This document shows, in pieces, positions 56,320 to 64,000 of a stretch of DNA of 64,000 nt. The stretch lies in NCBI RefSeq assembly GCF_009914755.1, contig NC_060932.1; one strand, written 5' to 3'. Position 1 is the stretch's first letter. Each line of letters opens with the position of its first letter. Source of the stretch: the human T2T-CHM13v2.0 reference genome, Homo sapiens. A model generated the notes under the pieces. That model was not told where the DNA came from. It did no database searches and saw only the letters and a list, made by a program, of their open reading frames with translations. Position numbers and translations under genes: made by a program.

Positions 56320-58976
56320 GGTAGCATGTGCCTCTTCCATGGAGAGGAACCAGAAGATACTGACATTTCGAAGAGATCATCTAGGGTTCACCAGAGAAGA
56401 GACAAGAAGCACCAGAAGTAAGTAAGGAGAGGGTTTGAGACAGCTTTCCCAACTGGGGACTGATTGAGAGTCAGGAGAGGCTCCTGGATTCAGGGAAACA
56501 GTAAAAGAGAAACTCCCAGGTCTTGGCTTTTACAATCTTGGCTATGGAGAAAACCCTTGACCCACTAAGCCCTTGTGTTTGACATATAGAGCTGCCTAAC
56601 AATTGCACAGAGATGTTGCTCCATAAAGGGAACCCACATGGAATCTCACAGTCATCCACACAGCCTCAGCTTGGTGCCATTTTGAGACCTAGATACCAGA
56701 GATCTACAGACATGGCTGCTGCCATTGCATTGCTCCAAGGAGAGACAGGGGAGACCAGGCACTTCCATGCACCCCTGGAAGGGTCCCTACTGCCCTGCTG
56801 CAGGCTGCTGTTGAGACTGAGACGTGAGTGGATTGCACTCCCCACAGCTTCTTGCCCATGCTGCTTGCTTGAAGGGAGCTTGCCCTTTCTGGTCTCAGCC
56901 CCAAGGCACCATTTTGAGAGTTTAACACTGGGCTGTGCCCTAATCTCAGGCTGAATTCAGGCTGAATCACTGCAGCTGCCAACTAGCCAAGAATGAACAG
57001 GGAACAAGGCTATCCTATGCATGCATACCTAGGACAATACTCACCATCCTGCTACACACTGCTGTGAGATTAAGACTAAGTGGACCACACTCCCCACAGC
57101 TTCTTTTCTATGCTGGTTACCTGAGGGAGGGCTGAGGGCCCCACCCTCTCTGGTCACAAGCCCAGAACTGGCATAATTTTGAGGGTTTAACTGTGGGTTG
57201 TGACGCACTTTCAGGCTGAGTTCAAGGAGATGTGGCTGCAGCCAACACCCAGCCAGGGGAAGGACAGAGAAGGCCAAGCTTTCCTAAACACACTTAGCAC
57301 AATACACACCACCCTACTATGAGTGGCTGTGGAACCAGGAACTAGCCCACCCAACCCATCACAGCTGGTAGGAACACCAACATGGACTACTTGAGTACCA
57401 GTGGGTTGCTCCACCACCACTACTGCCATCACCCACACTGTACCAGATGCCCAGGGGCCTGAGAATTCACCCACACACATGAAACACCACTCCCACTACT
57501 AGCTTCTAAGCAAGCCACATAGAGGCCCAAGGATTAGCCCTTCAAGACCCACTAACAACAAAGCCAGTTTATGCTGCTCTGGAGCTTAAAACAGGAACAT
57601 TCACTCCACTGCTGTAACTACTGGGGCCTAAAGACTGGTTCAGTTAGCATCTAAGTTTCCAACGAAACTTCGCCACAACCTAAGCTGATAACTATATCCT
57701 AAGCCACCAAGGAAATAACAGATATCACTCACCCTATGCACTGCCAAAGAAGTAAGTTTTAAAAATCACACTATTGTAGGTACCCAAAATCAAAGCCAAA
57801 ATATCCTACTCAACCAACAGCACACATACATCTTTAGGAGAAATTCTCCCCTACAAAAGCAACTTCAAAAAACTGGAACAAGGAACTGCTACATTAGATG
57901 TGCAGATACCAATGAAAGGACACAGAAAACATGAAAAAGCAGGGAAATCTGATACCACCAAAGGATCACAACAGCTTTTCAGCAACAAATTCCAATAAAA
58001 AATAATTCCTCAAAAATCCAGATAAAGAATTTAAAATATTGATTATTAAGAAGCTAAGTGAGATGCAATAGAAATCTGAAAATCAATACAAAGAAACCAG
58101 AAAACCAATTCAGGATATAATGAGAAATTTACCAAGAAGATATCTTTAAAAAAAATTTTTGGAACTAAAAAATCCAGTGAAGAAAATACAAAATACATTC
58201 AAAAATCTCAATAACAGACTAGACCAAGCAGAAGAAAGAATCTTAGAACTTAAAGACAGTTTTTTTTATATCAACCAGTCGGACAAAAATAAGGAAAAAA
58301 AAATAAAAGAAGCAACAAAGCCTTTGAGATGTCTGGGACTACCTAAGCCAACCAAACTTAAAAATTATTGGTATTCCCAAGGGGGAAGATAAAACAAAAA
58401 GTTTAGAAAACCCATTTAAGAGAATAATCAATGAAAACTTCCCAAGTCTAGCAAAAGAGTCAGACATTCAGATCTAGGAGCCCCAGCAATTCCAGACAGA
58501 TACATTGCAAAAAGGACTTCAGCACTACATATTATACTCGGACTATCTAAAGTCAACATGAAAGAAAGATTTTAAAATTAGCCAAGAGAAAAGCTTCTAG
58601 TAATCTATAAAGTAAACCCCATCACATTGGCAGCAGACCTTTTCAGCAGAAATCTTACAGAACAGAAGAGAATGAGATGGCATTTTCAAAATGCTGGAAG
58701 AAAAAAAAACTGTCAGCCAAGAATTTTATATCCTATCAAGATAAGTTTCACCAATGAAGAAGAAATAAACTATTTCCCAGATAAACAAATGCTGAGGGAA
58801 TTTTTTACTACTAGACCAGCCCTACAGGAAATGTTCAAAGGTGTCTTAAGCATGGAAACAAAAGGTTGATATTCACCATCACAAAAACATATAGAAATAT
58901 AAAACTCACAGTTTTTATAAAGCAATCACACAAGGGAGGAAGAGAAAGGAATCAAATGGCAACACAACAGAACTTC
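56320..58976 (+). mobile_element. Older L1 (L1M1/L1MA-type) 5' UTR plus disrupted ORF1
   Basis: ORF1 remnants (NNRLDQAEERILELKD; CQPRILYP...FPDKQMLREF); repeated 5' UTR units. Confidence 0.82.
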
Positions 58977-58986
58977 GGTTATGGGA

Positions 58987-61900
58987 GAAATCATAGCAAA
59001 CAGTCTCTCAGACCACAGTGCAATCAAATTAGAACTCAGGATTAAGAAACTCACTCAAAACCACACAATAACATAGAAATGAACAACCTGCTCCTGAATG
59101 ACTCTTGGGTAAATACGGAAATTAAGGCAGAAATCAAGAAGTTCTTTGTAACCAATGAGAACAAAGAGACAATGTACCAGAATCTCTGGGACACAGATAA
59201 AGCAATGTTAAGAGTGAAATTTATAGCACTAAATGCCCACATCAGAAAGCTAGAAAGATCTCAAATCGACACCCTAACATCACAATTAAAAGAGCTGGAG
59301 AGGCAAGAGCAAACTAATCCAAAAGCTAGCAGAAGACAAGAAATAACTAAGATCAGAGAAGAATTGAAGGAGATAAAGACATGAAAAGCCCCCCAAAAAA
59401 ATCCATGAACCCAGGAGCTGCTTTTTTGGGAAAAAAATAACAAAATAGATAGACCACTAGCTAGACTTATAAAGAAGAAAAGAAAGAAGAATCAAATAGA
59501 CACAATAAAAAATTATAAAGGAGACATCACTACTGACCCCATAGAAATACAACCTACTATCAGAGAATACTACAAACACCTCAACACAAATAAACTAGAA
59601 AATCTAGAAGAAATAGATAAATTCCTGAACACATACACACTCCCAAGACTAAACTGGGAAGAAGTCAAATCCCTGAATAGACATATAACAAGCTCTGAAA
59701 TTGAGGCAGTAATTAATAGCCTATCAACCAAAAAAAGCCCAGGACCAAATGGATTCACAGCTGAATGCTACCAGAAGTACAAAGAGGAGCTGGTACCATT
59801 CCTTCTGAAACCATTCCAAAAAATTGAAAAGGAGAGACTCCATCCCAACTCATTTTATGAAGCCAACATCATTCTGATACCAAAACTGGGAAGAGACACT
59901 ACAAAAAAAGAAAACTTCAGGCCAATATCCCTGATGAACATCAATGCAAAAATCCTCAATAAAATACTGGCAAACCGTATCCAGTAGCACATCAAAAAAC
60001 TTATCCACCGTGATCAAGTTGGCTTCATCCATGGGATGCAAGGCTGGTTCAACGTATGCAATTCAATAAATGTAATCCATCACATAAACAAAACCAATGA
60101 CAAAAACCACATGATTATCTCAAGAGATACAGAAAAGGCCTTGGATAAAATTCAACATCCCTTAATGTTAAAAACTCTCAATAAACTAGGTATTTATGGA
60201 ACACATCTCAAAATAATAAGAGCTATTCAAGACAAACCCACAGCCAATATCATATTGAATGGGCAAGAGCTGGAAGCATTCCCTTTGAAAACTAGAACAA
60301 GACAAGGAGGCCCTCTCTCAACACTACTGTTCAATATAGTATTGGAAGTTCTGGCCAGGGCAATCAGGCAAGAGAAAGAAATGAAGAGTATTTAATTAGA
60401 AAGAGATGAAGTCAAATTGTCTTTGTTTGCAGATGACATGGTTTTATATCTAGAAAACCCTATCTTCTCAGCCCAAACTCCTTAAACTGATAAGCAACTT
60501 CAATAAAGTCTAAGGATGCAAAAGCAATGTGCAAAAATCACAAGTACTCCTTTACTCCAACAATAAACAAGCAGAGAGCCAAATCATGAATAAACTCCCA
60601 TTTGCCACTGCTACAAAGAGAATAAAATACCTAACAACACAGGTAAGAAGAGATGTGAAAGACCTCTTCAAGGAGAACTACAAACCACTGCTCAAGGAAA
60701 TAAGAGAGGACACAAACAAATGGAAAAACATTCCATCCTCATGGATAGGAAGAATCAATATCATGAAAATGGCCATACTGCCCAAAGTAATTTATAGATT
60801 CAATGCTATTCTCATAAAATTACCATTGACATGCTTCACAGAATTTGGAAAAATGATTTTAAGTTTCATATGGAATCAAAGAAGATCCCATAGAGCCAAG
60901 ACAATCCTAAGCAAAAAGAACAAAGCTGGAGGCATCACACTACCTGACTTCAAACTATACTACGACAGAATGGTATTAGTACCAAAACAGATATACAGAC
61001 CAATGGGACAGAAAGAGACCTCAGAAATAACACCACACATCTATAACCAACTAATCTTTGACAAACTTGACAAAAACAAGCAATGGTGAAACGATCTCCT
61101 ATTCAGTAAATGCTGCTGGGAAAACTAGCTAGCCATATGCAGAAAACTGAAACTGGACTCCTTCCTCACACCCTATACAAAAATTAACTCAAGATGGATT
61201 AAAGATTTAAATGTAAAACCCAAAATCATAAAAACCCTAAAAGAAAACCGAGGCAATACCATTCAGAACATAGGCATGGGCAAAGACTTCATGACAAAAA
61301 TGTTGAAAGCAATTGCAACAAAAGCCAAAATTGACAAATGGGATCTAATTAAACTAAAGAGCTTCTGCACAGCAAAAGAAACTATCATCAGAGTGAACAG
61401 GCAACCTATGGAATGGGAGAAAATTTTTGCAATCTATCCATCTGACAAAGGTCTAATATCCAGAATTTACAAGGAACTTAAACAAGTTTACAAGAAAAAA
61501 AAAACAACAACTCCATCAAAAAGTGGGCAAAAAATATGAACAGACACTTCTCAAAGAAAATATTCATGCAGCCAACAAACATGAAGAAAGCTCAACATCA
61601 TTGATCATCAGAGAAATGCAAATCAAAACCACAATTAGATACCATCTCACACCAGTCAGAATAGTGATTATTAAAAAGTCAGAAAGCAATAGATGCTGTC
61701 AAGGCTGCGGAGAAATAAGAATGCTTTTACACTGCTGGTGGGAATGTAAATTAGTTCAACCATTGTGGAAGACAGTATGGTGATTCCTCAAGGATCTAGA
61801 ACCAGAAATACCATTTGATCCAGCAATCCCATTACTGGGTATATACCCAAAGGAGTATAAATCATTCCACTATAAAGACACATGCACACATATATTTACT

Positions 61901-62410
61901 GCAGCACTATTTACAATAACAAAGACATGGAACCAACCCAAATGCCCATCAATGATAGACTGGATAAAGAAAATGTGGTACATATATACCATGGAATACT
62001 ATGCAGCCATAAAAATGAATGAGATCATGTCCTTTGCAGGAACGTGGATGAAGCTGGGAGCCATCATCCTCAGCAAACTAACACAGGAACAGAAAAACCA
62101 AATACTGCATGTTCTCACTCACAAATGGAAGTTGAACAAAGAAAACACATGGACACAGAGAGGGGAACAACACACCAGGGCCTGTTGGGGGTAGGGGGTG
62201 AGGGAGGGGACCTTAGAAGACAGGTCAAGAGGTGCAGCAAACCACCATGGCACACATATACCTACGTATACCTATGTAACATGACACACGTATACCTATG
62301 TAACATGACACACGTATACCTATGTAACAAACCTGCATATTCTGCACATGTATCCCATTTTATTTTTAGAAGAAATAAAGAAAAACAAAAATTAAATAAT
62401 AAATTAATTA
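58987..62410 (+). mobile_element. 5'-truncated L1PA (L1PA11/12-like), disrupted ORF2 plus 3' UTR
   Basis: ORF2 remnants ([15 protein letters not shown]...INVIHHIN, ctttgtttgcagatgacatg = FADD motif) with stops and frameshifts; G-rich 3' UTR; A-rich tail. Confidence 0.92.
62264..62329. repeat. 24-bp tandem repeat, 2.75 copies
   Basis: Perfect unit acgtatacctatgtaacatgacac. Confidence 0.95.
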
Positions 62411-62413
62411 AAT

Positions 62414-64000
<1,587 letters not shown>

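Noticed and set aside
59079-62194. L1 ORF2-like ORFs (up to 186 aa) as an active RT/endonuclease gene
   Set aside because: Broken by many stops and frameshifts and 5'-truncated; a dead retrotransposon.
62264-62329. Short direct repeats as a CRISPR-like array
   Set aside because: Contiguous tandem copies without unique spacers, in primate L1 DNA.

Overview
Primate DNA, very likely human (contains AluJ, AluS and AluY-diagnostic sequence), from a repeat-rich intronic or intergenic region. I find no protein-coding gene, RNA gene, CRISPR array or prokaryote-type system. The recognisable ORF-track entries are Alu, L1, LTR or low-complexity artefacts; the rest are short with no recognisable domain. 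Much of the window is interspersed repeat: 21 Alu pieces, several old L1s, L2/MIR/CR1 relics, MaLR/ERV1/ERVL solo LTRs and hAT DNA elements (MER53, MER33, MER81, MER103C, MER1A). Repeat family names come from my recall of consensus sequences, not from a search. The most interesting signals are: (1) minus-strand candidate exons with strong splice signals (44114-44329, 17431-17461); (2) a ~3 kb repeat-poor block with tandem RFX X-boxes; (3) unusual retrotransposition footprints (a ~45 bp TSD-flanked micro-insertion, a left-monomer-only AluY with TSD, a re-used Alu target site, and an L1 whose 5' break aligns with the homologous point of its host L1); (4) a MER53 hairpin resembling miR-1302; (5) a 279 bp polypurine/GGAA tract. 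None of this demonstrates a new biological system.
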